NCBI GenBank assembly: GCA_963789265.1
Contig: CAWBKB010000001.1
Coordinates: 96,001-160,000 of the forward strand
Origin: an uncultured delta proteobacterium
Lineage (GTDB): Bacteria > Desulfobacterota > Desulfomonilia > Desulfomonilales > Desulfomonilaceae
Direction of reading: 5' to 3'
DNA length: 64,000 nt
The notes under the pieces were generated by a model, which saw nothing but the letters and a program-made list of their open reading frames with translations, did no database searches and had not been told where the DNA came from. Shown here piece after piece: positions 11,745 to 22,363 of this stretch. Position 1 is the stretch's first letter. The number at the start of each line of letters is the position of its first letter. The position numbers were made by a program, and so were the translations under genes.

Positions 11745-11972
11745 ATGTCGGACCTGGACGAGGCTCTAAAACATGCCTTGAGCCTAAACGTTCGTGATCG
11801 TGCAACCCTGGCGGAAAGGCTTCTAGCCAGCCTGGAAGAGTTGCCTGAAGAGGAGGCGGAGCGTCTTTGGGCAGACGAAGCTCAAAGGCGTTTAGAGACT
11901 TACCGAACGGGTCGCGCAAGAGCGGTTCGAGCGGAAGAGGTTCACGAGAAGGCTGAAAGACTGTTGCGGTGA
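11745..11972 (+). CDS. Addiction-module antitoxin (TIGR02574-type)
   Basis: ALSL..RDRATLAERLLASL...WADEAQRR; GTGA overlap with toxin. Confidence 0.8.
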   Translation: MSDLDEALKHALSLNVRDRATLAERLLASLEELPEEEAERLWADEAQRRLETYRTGRARAVRAEEVHEKAERLLR

Positions 11973-12276
11973 CGCCCATAAGGTATCACGAGGCAGCAGA
12001 GGCTGAATTATTGGATGAGATCGGCTACCTTGAGTTTAGGGCCAAGGGGCTCGGGCGACGCTTCTTCGCAGAAATTCGTCGGGCCGAGAGCGTCATCGCG
12101 CAGTTCCCGGAATCCGGCGAGGAGATTCGCCCAGGCATCCGCAAGATGATGGTTCGGAAGTTCCGGTACTCGCTCATCTACGCAATCGAAAAGATGGATT
12201 ACTCATCTTAGCCGTGGCGCACCAGAGCGGTCGGGCTGGGTATTGGGTTGGTCGCATCGGCGGCGGCAAAAGATAA
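11969..12276 (+). CDS. RelE/ParE-family toxin, frameshift near 12190
   Basis: HEAAEAEL, GLGRRFFAEI, FPESG, KFRYSLIY; alternate frame gives LILAVAHQSGRAGYW. Confidence 0.8.
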
Positions 12277-12312
12277 GTAAGGACCGAGGCTGGTGTCATA
12301 AATGAGGAAAAG

Positions 12313-12454
12313 GCCGGCCTGTCACGCCGGAGATCGCGAGTTCGAGTCTCGTCGCTCCCGCCACTTAACAGACTGAAATCACAGGGAAGCCTAAACAAGC
12401 AGGCATCCCTGTTTTCGTTTAACGGGATGATCCAGGGCCCCCAAAGGGCTCCCA
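12313..12454 (+). mobile_element. att-like site 1: tRNA-Asp(GTC) 3' half (12313-12363) plus terminator-like hairpin and GGCTCCCA-type direct repeats
   Basis: CCGGC-CTGTCAC-GCCGG anticodon arm, GTTCGAGTC T-loop, ends CCGCCA; no D-arm or 5' acceptor strand upstream; similar ~140 bp at 33541. Confidence 0.85.
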
Positions 12455-12497
12455 GGGTAATGAAGGACGTCGTCGCTTCGCCATCAATAAGGGGTGG

Positions 12498-12704
12498 TTG
12501 CCCATGAGAGTCTTGGGCCACAGTTTCCTCCACATACTCCGCCAATGCTACCTCGCGGGCGAAGAAGTCAAACGGTCAATGGAGTGGCTCGTCAAACGTC
12601 TGATCAAGGTCGGAGCGAAAGTGTCGTATCACGGTCGGAGGAGGTATGTCCATGTGGCGTCGGGCTTTCCTTTGGCCCGACATTACCGTGCAGTGTTCGG
12701 GTGA
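12498..12704 (+). mobile_element. C-terminal remnant of an IS1380-family transposase
   Basis: RSMEWLVKRLIKVGAKVSYHGRRRYVHVASGFPL resembles IS1380 C-termini; no N-terminal part. Confidence 0.6.
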
Positions 12705-12936
12705 CGAGCGTAGTGGCAAAAATCCTTGACGGAGTGGCGGAAGGTGAAGTACGCTCAGAAACAGGAAAAAAGGGGCTTTTATATCAAAATGACGACTTTT
12801 CTGCCGTGCTCCTGTCTTCTAAGGGACCATCGGGGGTCTTATTGGTTGTCAGGAGACTCTGACGAGACCAGATTCCGAGGCAAACAGCCCCGATATGGCA
12901 AGACCGCCGCATAATTCCCGCTAAGGAGGATTGACC

Positions 12937-14052
12937 ATGATTTCCAGAGAGCTGAAGTTTTCATTAATCGCCCTTGTCTTGCTCTTCGGTTTGACCGCCG
13001 TATGGATTCAGCCGTCGGCACAGGCTTGCACAGGCATTATGTTGCGTAACGCGGACGGCAGCTTTGTCCATGGTCGCACGCTCGAGTTCGGTGTCACCAT
13101 TGAGGTTACCCAAGCAATTGTTCCTAGAGGTTACGAATTTGTGGGCAAGGCGCCGGGCGGACCGGGAATGAAGTACAAGGCGAAATATGGTTGTGTAGGG
13201 TCTTACGCCTTTAAGGATCTCGCCATTTGTGACGGACTTAATGAAAAAGGTCTGGCGGTCCATGTTTTTTACTTTCCCACTTTCGCCAAATATGCGGAAA
13301 TCACCAACGAAAACCGCGGCAAAGCGCTCTCCCCGCTCGACTTTTCCAACTGGCTCCTGGTGCAATTCGCGACGGTTGCTGAAGTGCGTGAAGCTCTCGA
13401 ACGCGGGGATGCCGTCATTGCACCGACTGTTCTGGAAGCTTGGGGTCCTGAGCCGCTGCCTTTGCACTATGTTGTGTATGATAAGACAGGGGGCTGCATC
13501 GTGATTGAACCCATCGAGGGAAAGCTGAAAATTTTCAACAACCCGCTCGGCGTCCTCACCAACTCGCCCGCCCTCGATTGGCACATCACGAACCTGCGCA
13601 ATTACATTGCCCTGAATCCCCTCGATGTACCTCCGGTGGAGCTAAATGGGGTCAAGTTGCGGGCGACGGGCATAGGAAGCGGCATGCTGGGACTTCCCGG
13701 CGACTTTACACCGCCCTCGCGATTCGTGCGTGCCGCGGTTTTCGGCGCCGCTGCAATTCCCTCGCCGAATGCGGACAAGGGTATCCTGCAGGTCTTTCAC
13801 ATCCTCAACAACTTCGACATCCCGGTGGGACTGATACGCGAGAAGGGCCAGCAGGGAGCTGTCTACAAGGACTACACCCAACTTACTACGGCCACTGACC
13901 CGCAAAACCTCAGGTACTATTACAAGACGTACGAGGACCAGACTATCAGGATGCTGGATCTGCGGAAATTCGACTTGAACGCCAAAGAGGTGAGGACACT
14001 AAGCCCGAAGACCACCCAGCCGATTGTAGACATGTCTGCTGAGATGAAGTGA
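12937..14052 (+). CDS. Secreted choloylglycine hydrolase / penicillin V acylase family Ntn-hydrolase
   Basis: Signal peptide then catalytic CTG; GRTLEF, DGLNEKGL, LTNSP, GLPGDFTPPSRFVRA. Confidence 0.9.
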   Translation: MISRELKFSLIALVLLFGLTAVWIQPSAQACTGIMLRNADGSFVHGRTLEFGVTIEVTQAIVPRGYEFVGKAPGGPGMKYKAKYGCVGSYAFKDLAICDGLNEKGLAVHVFYFPTFAKYAEITNENRGKALSPLDFSNWLLVQFATVAEVREALERGDAVIAPTVLEAWGPEPLPLHYVVYDKTGGCIVIEPIEGKLKIFNNPLGVLTNSPALDWHITNLRNYIALNPLDVPPVELNGVKLRATGIGSGMLGLPGDFTPPSRFVRAAVFGAAAIPSPNADKGILQVFHILNNFDIPVGLIREKGQQGAVYKDYTQLTTATDPQNLRYYYKTYEDQTIRMLDLRKFDLNAKEVRTLSPKTTQPIVDMSAEMK

Positions 14053-14122
14053 GCCCTATGTCTGCTGCCCATATCGGCGGCTATTTGCAATCAACAAGTT
14101 TGGAAAGGAATTAGGATCGCAC

Positions 14123-14692
14123 ATGAACAAAGTAGGATTGTTTCTGGCCTTGGCAGCAGCCGGTCTGGGCCTTTACGCCGCAACCGCTCAAGGAGACAAA
14201 GCAATTGATGTGGACAAGTTAGTTACTGCGGAAGGAAGAATCATCTTGCCCAAAGACTATCGTGGCAGTTGGGTACATCTCGGTTCATGGGCAGTCGCGG
14301 AAGAAGGGGCTAAGGGAGGGGGATTCCATGATGTCTATACTCAAGCGGGGACAGCGGAAGCCTACCGCAAGTCCGGCGAGTTTCCCGACGGAGCCTGCCT
14401 GATCAAAGAGATCCGAACCGTCAAGTCTGACAAATTGGCTTCGGGACACGTCATGTGGGCCGGGGACGTAAAGAAGTGGTTCATGATGATCAAGGACGCA
14501 AAGGGCAGATTTAAAGACAACCCCAATTGGGGTGAAGGATGGGGTTGGGCTCTGTTCTTGGCGGACGATCCCGGTAAGAACGTGTCGACGGATTTCAAGA
14601 AAGACTGCCTCGGTTGCCACGCACAAGCAAAGAAGACCGACTGGGTCTACGTGTTCGGCTACCCGACGCTCCGGGAAAGCAAAGGTCGATAG
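14123..14692 (+). CDS. Cytochrome P460 / c'-beta family protein
   Basis: Signal peptide; PKDYR..WVHLGS, FHDVY, FPDGACLIKE, GWGWALF, C-terminal CLGCH. Confidence 0.85.
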   Translation: MNKVGLFLALAAAGLGLYAATAQGDKAIDVDKLVTAEGRIILPKDYRGSWVHLGSWAVAEEGAKGGGFHDVYTQAGTAEAYRKSGEFPDGACLIKEIRTVKSDKLASGHVMWAGDVKKWFMMIKDAKGRFKDNPNWGEGWGWALFLADDPGKNVSTDFKKDCLGCHAQAKKTDWVYVFGYPTLRESKGR

Positions 14693-14945
14693 CTCGACGC
14701 GTCAATAAGCACGGTGGTCAGGGGGAGGCTCCGACCTCTCGTGCTGAACCGCCTTCTCCGACACGGTCGACGTGTTTGCTAATCACAGCGGCAAGTGGGA
14801 CGAAATAACAAATTCGTCCCGCTCTCCCTGGCATAAAGACCTCAATATTTGAGGACCGGAACTCCAATGGGGCAAGTGTTGTCCCATGTGACAATGGATC
14901 GGAACACCGATACGGGGCGTTGTTGAATTGATAAGGAGGGATCCG

Positions 14946-15968
14946 ATGAAATTGAAAGTTGGTTCTACGATGATACTAGCGATCCTATTGGGGGTTATTG
15001 TCCCGCTCTCGGCCGCTGCACGACAGGAAACCTCCCAACTCGCAACGCGAACGGGCGATCAGAGCTTCAAGTGTTCCCCGACCGGGGCGCCGCCCATTCG
15101 AACAGTCCCTCCCATAACAGAACGTCCGTCCTGTCATCCTCGGGGGCAAGTCGTCTCGTTCGATCAGAACGGTGTTACTCGCTATGCTTGCCTCTATCCT
15201 CCGCAGCAGGCCGCAGAAACTCAGATAGGCAAGAATGGCTACAAATGGCCTCTGCTCATCTATCTCCATGCTTCACTCACGACCCCGGAAAGTCTCCATT
15301 GGCTCGGCAGGGATTTACTTGACCTTGCTGACGCTTTCCCTCTTTCCGGCGATGAGAAAGTGAAGGGTTTCTTTGTTCTCGCTCCTGAAAGTAGAATAGC
15401 CGACCCGTGGCCTTCGAATGCGCCAGGGGCAGCGGAGACCGGTAGCGGCACTTACTGGGACGAATGGTACCGCGATCCGTCCCGTAACCTCGACGCGCTG
15501 GCCGTAGACCATTTCGTGGACCAACTTATTGCATCGGAAAAAGTGGACACGAGCAGAATATATGTATTTGGCTGGAGCAATGGAGCTTACATGGCAGCGC
15601 TGTATGGAATGTGGCGGAGTGACCGGATTGCTGCGATTGGCCAATACGCTGGAGCTGACCCCTATTCGCGTCCTCCATGCCCTGTTCCCATGGAGTACCA
15701 CCGGCAAGTTCCGTTGATATTGCTGCGAAACTTATGTGACGGCCGAGTTTCTTGCGAGACGACCGGCGCTTGGATCGACACTCTCACGAAAGAGCAATGG
15801 CCCTACAAGCTGGTTAACCTCGACCTCAGCGGCGAGGTAACTTCCAGCGATCAGGAATGTTATCGGAGATGCTCCAAAATCATCGGGCTTTTCGAACATA
15901 TCCGTTGGCCGAGGGACGCGGCGCTGAAGGAGATGCTGAGGTTCTTCAACCAGCATGTCCAGCCGTAA
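14946..15968 (+). CDS. Secreted alpha/beta hydrolase (esterase/PHB-depolymerase-like)
   Basis: Signal peptide; PLLIYLH, VDTSRIYVFGWSNGA nucleophile elbow. Confidence 0.65.
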   Translation: MKLKVGSTMILAILLGVIVPLSAAARQETSQLATRTGDQSFKCSPTGAPPIRTVPPITERPSCHPRGQVVSFDQNGVTRYACLYPPQQAAETQIGKNGYKWPLLIYLHASLTTPESLHWLGRDLLDLADAFPLSGDEKVKGFFVLAPESRIADPWPSNAPGAAETGSGTYWDEWYRDPSRNLDALAVDHFVDQLIASEKVDTSRIYVFGWSNGAYMAALYGMWRSDRIAAIGQYAGADPYSRPPCPVPMEYHRQVPLILLRNLCDGRVSCETTGAWIDTLTKEQWPYKLVNLDLSGEVTSSDQECYRRCSKIIGLFEHIRWPRDAALKEMLRFFNQHVQP

Positions 15969-16126
15969 GCCAGCATTATGCCTCACTAATTCGGAATGTA
16001 ATTTGGCAACATACTTTGCGGAATCCGGCTACACTATACTTTATTCCCGTGGTTGGAGACTGTCTGGAGCAGCATCCGGTATGCTGGGACAATCTCTGCA
16101 CGGATTGCGGCTCCAGCTCATCCGAA

Positions 16127-16202
16127 TCACGTCACCTAGAGAGTCAATCGGCGCAACTGAGCTTCCTATGCTCACGACGCCCAATTCATGCCTGCCGTCT
16201 AA
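16127..16202. repeat. ~75-bp dispersed repeat R2, copy 1 (copy 2 at 17378-17453)
   Basis: Shared GTCAC..AGAGTCAATCGGCG..CTTCCT..ACGCCCAATTCATGCCTGCC. Confidence 0.75.
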
Positions 16203-16288
16203 TGTCCTCAGGGGGGGGCCGAGGACACCATACTTAATTCTTGAAATGACATCGGGGAGTGCCAAGCCCTCACGCCCAGAGCCACCAG

Positions 16289-16537
16289 TCACTTTGATCC
16301 CCAAATCTCCGTCCTCCCGTGGTCAAAGGTCAGCCGGTCAATTTCTCGTACCAAGTCCGCGTCATTAATGGCTAGATACAAGCTCTTCACGTTCTTTTTC
16401 CTGTCTCCATTTTCCACAATCGCGTCGGCTATGAGAGGATGCAGGCCACTTCTCATGGCGTTGGTCTTGCAGCAATGACGGAGATCAGGAATTCGGGACA
16501 GCGGACCGAATTCAAGGCTTTCTAAGGCTTTTGTCAA
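16289..16537 (-). pseudogene. Tyrosine-integrase C-terminal tail, copy 1
   Basis: PDLRHCCKTNAMRSGLHPLIADAIVENGDRKKNVKSLY...EIWGSK* (box II region with catalytic Tyr); no N-terminal part. Confidence 0.85.
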
Positions 16538-16684
16538 ACCTTCTTCGAAAATTCAGTCACACACTCCCGACTTCGACTGCGTAGAATGTGATGACCAGCG
16601 GTAAGCGCCCCGGCGGCGTCATTTCCCTGTGTTGACGTTGCGTCTCCATTGAGTTTGGGGACCTTATTACATACAATCAGAGAC

Positions 16685-16968
16685 ATGAGAATTCACGAGC
16701 TAGTCTGGCCGGAGGCCGGATTGAACACATTGCCCGTCATGGGGTGAACCCTGAAGAAGTCGAAGAAGTGTGCTTTGGCCATGCTTGGCTGCGGCGGGCC
16801 AAGTGTGCGGGGGCCAACCCAGTGTATTACGTACTCGGCCAGACGGCAGCAGGCCGGTATCTGTTCTGCGTTGTCATACAGTTTCCAGACAGCAAAGGCT
16901 TCCCAGTCACCGCGCGCCCCACGACAGAGCGGGAACAACGGCGATTCAATCAATGGAGAAACACATGA
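16685..16968 (+). CDS. BrnT-like toxin, frameshift near 16710
   Basis: MRIHELVW..RIEHIARHGVNPEEVEE, LGQTAAGRYL, PVTARP.TEREQRRF. Confidence 0.75.
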
Positions 16969-17222
16969 AGGCTACGAACATTCCCAACACGGATTCAATT
17001 TCAGAACTCGCAACTTTTTGGAATACACACGACCTTACCGATTTTGAAGACGAGTTAGAAGATGTGCATGAGGCGGTATTTGAGCGTCCTCCGGAAGAGA
17101 CAGTGACGATACATTTGCCCGCTGGGGACGTCGAGGTGGTGAAACGAATGGCCCAGGCGAAGGGGGTTGGATATGCGGTATTAATCCGGGAATGGGTACT
17201 TGAAAAACTACATCGCGTCTGA
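16965..17222 (+). CDS. CopG/BrnA-like antitoxin
   Basis: ELATFWNTHDLTDFEDELE; C-terminal RHH-like VKRMAQAKGVGYAVLIREWV; ATGA overlap. Confidence 0.8.
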   Translation: MKATNIPNTDSISELATFWNTHDLTDFEDELEDVHEAVFERPPEETVTIHLPAGDVEVVKRMAQAKGVGYAVLIREWVLEKLHRV

Positions 17223-17271
17223 AATCCGGGAACGTTTCAATTTCGACAACTGACAGTGGCATGGCGTCTCC

Positions 17272-17336
17272 AGGAGTTCAGGGTACACCATACCTAATTT
17301 TTGACGTGGAAAGTTGACAGGAATATGGAGCGGCCC
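17272..17336. repeat. Dispersed repeat R3 (GG[G/T]ACACCATACNTAATT core); other copies at 16221-16244, 37919-37983, partial 38590-38620
   Basis: gggtacaccatacctaatttttgacgtggaaagttgacaggaatatggagcggc aligns with ggggacaccttttgtaattcttcaagggggaagctgccacaagtacggagtggc. Confidence 0.65.
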
Positions 17337-17377
17337 GCCGGGGCAACTTGCCCGAGGAACTTGTCCAGCCTAGCTGG

Positions 17378-17453
17378 ATCGCGTCACGCGCAGAGTCAAT
17401 CGGCGGCGACAGACCTTCCTCTGGTCAACGCCCAATTCATGCCTGCCTGCTAA
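17378..17453. repeat. Dispersed repeat R2, copy 2
   Basis: Matches 16127-16202; lies just left of integrase tail copy 2. Confidence 0.75.
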
Positions 17454-17462
17454 GGATTTCAA

Positions 17463-17660
17463 TCATCTCTGCCCCCAAATCTCAGTCTTCCGGTGATCAA
17501 AGGTGAGCCGATCAATTTCACGTAATAAATCCGCGGCACTGATCGTCAAATACAGACTTTTCACATCGTTCTTCCTGTCCCCGTGGCCGACAATTGCATC
17601 AGATACGAGTGGATGCCGGTCGCGCACATCCCGTTGGTCTTGCAGCAGTCCCGGAGATCC
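17463..17660 (-). pseudogene. Tyrosine-integrase C-terminal tail, copy 2
   Basis: Translates DLRDCCKTN...DAIVGHGDRKNDVKSLYLTISAADLLREIDRLTFDHRKTEIWGQR*. Confidence 0.85.
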
Positions 17661-17943
17661 TATTCAAGGCCCACCCGCCCCTTTCGCTATACTGATCGCA
17701 TGTATCCTACATACTACTCCCGGTGATCCTATCCCTATACTAGGAAGTCAAGGCACTATACCTCCGACTCAACAAGTGGTAGATACGCTGGGGGCAAGTT
17801 ACTCAGTGTATCGATCAAGGTCGTCAAAACTCTGAAGCAGAATCCGGTTCAAAACAGAGGGGATGACGTCCTGTCGGCTTTCAGTCTATCGAGATCTGAA
17901 CTTTCTCACATCTGAAGAATTCACTCCTTAAAGTCAGGAGGTT

Positions 17944-19341
17944 TTGGTGGTCCAAGACCAATCCGTCAAATCGCTCTTTCTGTCTCCTCGGTCGGTAGTG
18001 TTTATCGGCGTTCCTCGTAAAAGTGGCCCGGGCACTTTAAATTCGATAGATAATCTCAGAAACTGGGGCTACGAGGGACGAGTCGCAATTGTCCATCCCC
18101 ACGTACGAGAAATAGCGGGAATTCCCGTATTGCCATCCGCCTCCGAATTAAATTCTAAGATTGATCTGGCCATCGTTTCGACTCCAAGAGAAACGGTTCC
18201 TGCGATTATAAGAGAATGCGGCCAAAAGGGCATCAAAGCTGTGATTGTTACCAATCAAGGTTTTGCCGAGTCAGATGGAAGGGGCCAGGAGTTGCAAAGA
18301 GAAATGCTCGCAGAGGCCGATGAGTTCGATATGCGCATTCTCGGGCCCAATACACTCGGCGTATCCAACGCATTCCACCGGTTCAATTCTTCGTTCATGC
18401 CGCTCCATCGGGAAGAGGCCCCCATCGGGCTTATTTGTCAATCCGGCGTCTTCTTTGTGGGCGTGAATCAGCTTCTAGGCGGCATGGGCCTCGCAATAGA
18501 CGTAGGGAACGCCTGCGACGTGACCGCGGTGGACGCTCTGGAATGGTTGGGTGAAGATGAAAGAATACGCGTGATTGCCCTTCATGCCGAGGAAATTCGA
18601 GACGGCAAACGTTTCCTTGAAGTTGCCGAAAGAGTTGGTCGCCGAATTCCCATAATCGCCCTGAAAACGGGGAGGTCTCAAGAAGGGGCTACCGCGGCGG
18701 CCTCGCACACTGGCTCCCTGTCAGTTGATGACAGAATGGTTGATGCTGCTTTTCAAAAGGCTGGGGTGCTTCGCGCTGACGAGACTCAAGACCAGGCGGA
18801 TTTGGTTCGAGGCTTCGTGCGGCTGCCGCCTATGAAAGGCCCCAGAGTAGCCGTGGTGACTCTTACCGGCGCTGGTGGAATTATCCTCCTCGATGCGATG
18901 GAAAGATACGGCCTGGAGTTATCAAGGTTTTCTCCAAAAACCATTAATGGCATTCAGAGATTGTCCCCCGACTGGATGTCGCTCACGAATCCAACGGACA
19001 TTTGGCCGGCCGTAATGAAAAACGGAATGCGCAAGGCCTATACCACCGCCTTGCGAGATGTTTTGTCCGACCCCAACGTGGACGGCGTCCTCTGCGTGGC
19101 TCTTGGCCTTGCAGATGCGGAACAGCAGCACCTGGGGGCCGAGGACGTGATTCAGCAATTATCGGAAAACTCGAGCAAACCAGTCGTGACCTGGGTTTAC
19201 GGACCGCAAGCTGAAGAAACTGCCAGGAGACTGGAGCGATACGGTCGAGTTCTGTCGGTGCGCAGTCTCGAAAGAGGCGTTCGGGTTTTGGCTTCTATGG
19301 CGCGCTATGAGAAATGGAAAGAATCGCAAGCCAGCGAATGA
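17944..19341 (+). CDS. Acyl-CoA ligase (ADP-forming) alpha-type CoA-binding protein
   Basis: FLSPRSVVFIG, GFAE, RILGPNTLG, ICQSG, KTGRS...AASHTG. Confidence 0.85.
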   Translation: MVVQDQSVKSLFLSPRSVVFIGVPRKSGPGTLNSIDNLRNWGYEGRVAIVHPHVREIAGIPVLPSASELNSKIDLAIVSTPRETVPAIIRECGQKGIKAVIVTNQGFAESDGRGQELQREMLAEADEFDMRILGPNTLGVSNAFHRFNSSFMPLHREEAPIGLICQSGVFFVGVNQLLGGMGLAIDVGNACDVTAVDALEWLGEDERIRVIALHAEEIRDGKRFLEVAERVGRRIPIIALKTGRSQEGATAAASHTGSLSVDDRMVDAAFQKAGVLRADETQDQADLVRGFVRLPPMKGPRVAVVTLTGAGGIILLDAMERYGLELSRFSPKTINGIQRLSPDWMSLTNPTDIWPAVMKNGMRKAYTTALRDVLSDPNVDGVLCVALGLADAEQQHLGAEDVIQQLSENSSKPVVTWVYGPQAEETARRLERYGRVLSVRSLERGVRVLASMARYEKWKESQASE

Positions 19342-19749
19342 ACGATATATCATGAGGGGGCCTTTCTTCAGAGCAAAAAGACTTCTACAGCATCACTCTT
19401 GCTCGATTCCTCAGCCATCGTTAACGTTAAGAACGTAGCTGCCGGTCATTGTAACAGCAGTCCTGCCCGTGCAAGCATTCCTGCAAAGTTTAACGGACCC
19501 TGAGAGAAGGTAATCAACGGAGGTCCTGCACGGATCGTCCGCATTGCTGAGGTCGCGGCCGTCACCAATGGACAGTTTCAGAATCAGGATTCTATGAAAT
19601 TCGACGCGTCAGGAGCGCTAGGTTACTAAAATCGGAAAAAAGAGACAGCGATGTTGCGATTTTATCTTGACTTTGGTTCTGCTATCCCTTAGTCTACGAT
19701 TCACGTAGTCATGAGGTTGAAACGTTACGATTCCCGGAGGGTCGATGGG

Positions 19750-20235
19750 ATGAACGGTGAGGGTCCAATTGACAGCACCGACAGGGAGATCATGTCGATC
19801 CTGCAAAAGAATTCTCGGGTTACGAATACCGAAATCGCCAGGCGCCTGGACATCTCCGAAGGAACGGTACGCAACCGGATCAAAAGACTGGTGGACGAGC
19901 GCATCATTCGGAATATTACAGTGGTCAACCCTGAGACTCTTGGGTACCAGGTTCATGTAATTGTTGGCGTCCAAGTTGAGTACAAGAAACTGCCGGAAGT
20001 CACGAAACAGCTTAAGGAAAAGGAGGCGGTCCACTTCCTGGGAATTGCTGCGGGGAGGTATGACCTGATGGTGATAGCCTTTTTCCGTAATACCGAAGAG
20101 CAGCTTGCCTTTTTTACCAATGAGCTGGCTTCCATAGACGGCATAGTGCGATTGGAGACCTTCACAGTACTACAGATGCTCAAGACAAAGTATCTCTGGG
20201 GTGTTTCGGTGGCCGAGTCCAAAGCGGCCGACTAA
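19750..20235 (+). CDS. Lrp/AsnC family transcriptional regulator
   Basis: DSTDREIMSILQKNSR, EIARRLDISEGTVRNRIKRL, GRYDL. Confidence 0.92.
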   Translation: MNGEGPIDSTDREIMSILQKNSRVTNTEIARRLDISEGTVRNRIKRLVDERIIRNITVVNPETLGYQVHVIVGVQVEYKKLPEVTKQLKEKEAVHFLGIAAGRYDLMVIAFFRNTEEQLAFFTNELASIDGIVRLETFTVLQMLKTKYLWGVSVAESKAAD

Positions 20236-20293
20236 ATTGGAACGGAGACTGCAAAGTTGACCGCGGTGGTAAAGCTGGAGTCGGAGAGGGTGC

Positions 20294-20698
20294 ATGATCA
20301 AGAAAATTAAACACATAGGTTTGGCGGTGGAGAACCTTGCCGAAGCCAGCGATTTTTTCCGGAAGCACTTCCAAGTCTCGGTTTCGGAACGTGAACATTT
20401 CGGAGAGCTGATTTTCTCTTTCATCCCTGTAGAAGGCGCCCACCTGGAGCTTCTCCAGTCCACTTCAGGCGACGGGCAAATCGCGAAGTTCATTCAGAAA
20501 AAGGGTCAAGGTGTTCACCACATTGCCTTTGAGGTAGACGATATTCAGGCCGAATTGGACCGTTTGAAGAGCGAAGGCCTAACCATGATAAATGAAAAGC
20601 CTTACCTGAACGCACACCAAGACTTGGTGGCCTTTCTTCACCCGAAGTGTACGTACGGTGTTCTTATAGAGCTTATACAGACCAAGAAAAACGCATGA
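20294..20698 (+). CDS. mce: Methylmalonyl-CoA epimerase family
   Basis: IKHIGLAV, LELLQ, IAKFIQKKGQGVHHIAFEVDDI, AFLHPK, GVLIEL. Confidence 0.88.
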   Translation: MIKKIKHIGLAVENLAEASDFFRKHFQVSVSEREHFGELIFSFIPVEGAHLELLQSTSGDGQIAKFIQKKGQGVHHIAFEVDDIQAELDRLKSEGLTMINEKPYLNAHQDLVAFLHPKCTYGVLIELIQTKKNA

Positions 20699-20761
20699 CG
20701 GAACAGCTCGGAAATCATCTGAATCCATCACTTGGCGCCGGCCAAACGGGATAGAGGTATC

Positions 20762-22327
20762 ATGGGAATCACCAAGACCTGGGATAGCGAACTGGCCAAA
20801 CTGCAATCCAAGGATTCTGAAGCTCGGCTGGGAGGAGGAGAAGACCGGCTTCAGAAACAGCGGGACATGGGAAAAATGACGGCCAGGGAACGCATTGACC
20901 ACATTTTGGATCCGGATAGCTTCGTCGAACTCAATATGTTGGCCGAACATCAGTGCCGCGATTTTGGCATGGACAGAAAGAAATTTGTCGGTGACGGCGT
21001 GGTAACAGGCTATGGAACTATAGAAGGTCGCAAGATCTACATTTATTCCGAAGACGACACGGTCTTAGGCGGATCCACCGGTAAGGTCCATGGAGCCAAG
21101 ATCCATTACGTTCTGCGGTTGGCGCGCGAGCACATGGTGCCGGTGATCGGGTTAAACGATTCCGCTGGGGCACGCATCCAGGAAGGGATGGACAATGTGT
21201 ACGGTATCACTGGTATGTTTTACCAGAACACTCTCAATTCCGGCATTGTCCCCCAGATCGCTGCCATCATGGGAGCATGCACGGGCGGAGCGGCCTATTC
21301 AGCCGCTTTGTGCGACTTCATCGTTCAAGTAGAAAAAACTTCGCACATGTTCATCACCGGACCTGCTGTGGTCAAGGTGGTGACAGGCGAGAATGTGGCA
21401 TTTGAAGATTTGGGCGGAGCGAAAGTTCATGCCACGAAATCCGGAGTAACCCATCTGACAGCCAAGGACGACCAACAATGCCTCGACCTGATAAAGCGGC
21501 TGCTGTCCTATCTTCCCCAAAACAACCTCGAAAAACCTGAAAAGAAGCCAACGAACGATCCCGTGGATCGAAGCACCTCGGAATTGGTCGAGATCGTTCC
21601 GATCCAAATGTCTCAGACTTATGACATGAAGAAGGTCATTCTGACCATCGTGGACGACAAAGACTTCTTTGAAATTCAACCTGCTTTCGCCAAAAACATA
21701 GTGATCGGCTTTGCCCGCATGGGAGGGCGGACGATCGGCATCGTAGCCAACAACCCCAGGGTTCTAGGCGGTTGTTTGGACATAGATTCCTCTGACAAAG
21801 CATCGCGTTTCATACGGACGTGCGACGTCTTCAATATCCCTATGGTCACTCTCGTAGATGTGCCTGGATTTCTGCCGGGAGTCCACCAGGAGCACGGCGG
21901 CATCATACGCCACGGAGCGAAGCTGCTCCACGCTTGGACCGAGGCCACAGTGCCCAAGATTTCCTGCATCCTCCGAAAAATGTACGGCGGCGCAATCCCG
22001 GCCATGGGAGTACACCAAATCGGCTTCGATCAGGTATTTGCTTGGCCGTGCGCGGAGATGCAGATGCTTGGCGCCGAGCCGTCCGTCAAAATCCTGTACC
22101 GCCGCGAGCTCGGGGAGGCAGAAGATTCAGAGGCGTTTTTGCAGCAGAAGATCGAAGAATATCAAAACCTCTATTTAACGCCTTACCATGCCGCGTCACT
22201 TGCGGTCATCGACGCTGTTATTCATCCCGCGGACACCCGCAAGAGAATCATTTCCGCTTTGGAGATTCTGGAAGACAAGGTCGCCGAAAAAAGGCCGTTT
22301 CGGAAACACACAAATATTCCGCTGTGA
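20762..22327 (+). CDS. Acyl-CoA carboxyltransferase beta subunit (PccB/MmdA-like)
   Basis: GKMTARERI, GDGVVTG, DSAGARIQEG, MFITGP, DVPGFLPG, GIIRHGAKLL, KHTNIPL. Confidence 0.92.
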   Translation: MGITKTWDSELAKLQSKDSEARLGGGEDRLQKQRDMGKMTARERIDHILDPDSFVELNMLAEHQCRDFGMDRKKFVGDGVVTGYGTIEGRKIYIYSEDDTVLGGSTGKVHGAKIHYVLRLAREHMVPVIGLNDSAGARIQEGMDNVYGITGMFYQNTLNSGIVPQIAAIMGACTGGAAYSAALCDFIVQVEKTSHMFITGPAVVKVVTGENVAFEDLGGAKVHATKSGVTHLTAKDDQQCLDLIKRLLSYLPQNNLEKPEKKPTNDPVDRSTSELVEIVPIQMSQTYDMKKVILTIVDDKDFFEIQPAFAKNIVIGFARMGGRTIGIVANNPRVLGGCLDIDSSDKASRFIRTCDVFNIPMVTLVDVPGFLPGVHQEHGGIIRHGAKLLHAWTEATVPKISCILRKMYGGAIPAMGVHQIGFDQVFAWPCAEMQMLGAEPSVKILYRRELGEAEDSEAFLQQKIEEYQNLYLTPYHAASLAVIDAVIHPADTRKRIISALEILEDKVAEKRPFRKHTNIPL

Positions 22328-22363
22328 GCTCTGGAAAAGAAGTCACGGGCAAGGTGGAGACGT

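Noticed and set aside
12313..12363. Functional tRNA-Asp genes here and at 33541
   Set aside because: No 5' acceptor strand or D-arm upstream of either copy; only 3' halves are present
16289..16537. Integrase tails as expressed small proteins
   Set aside because: No consistent start codon or RBS, and several copies have indels or substitutions in catalytic motifs
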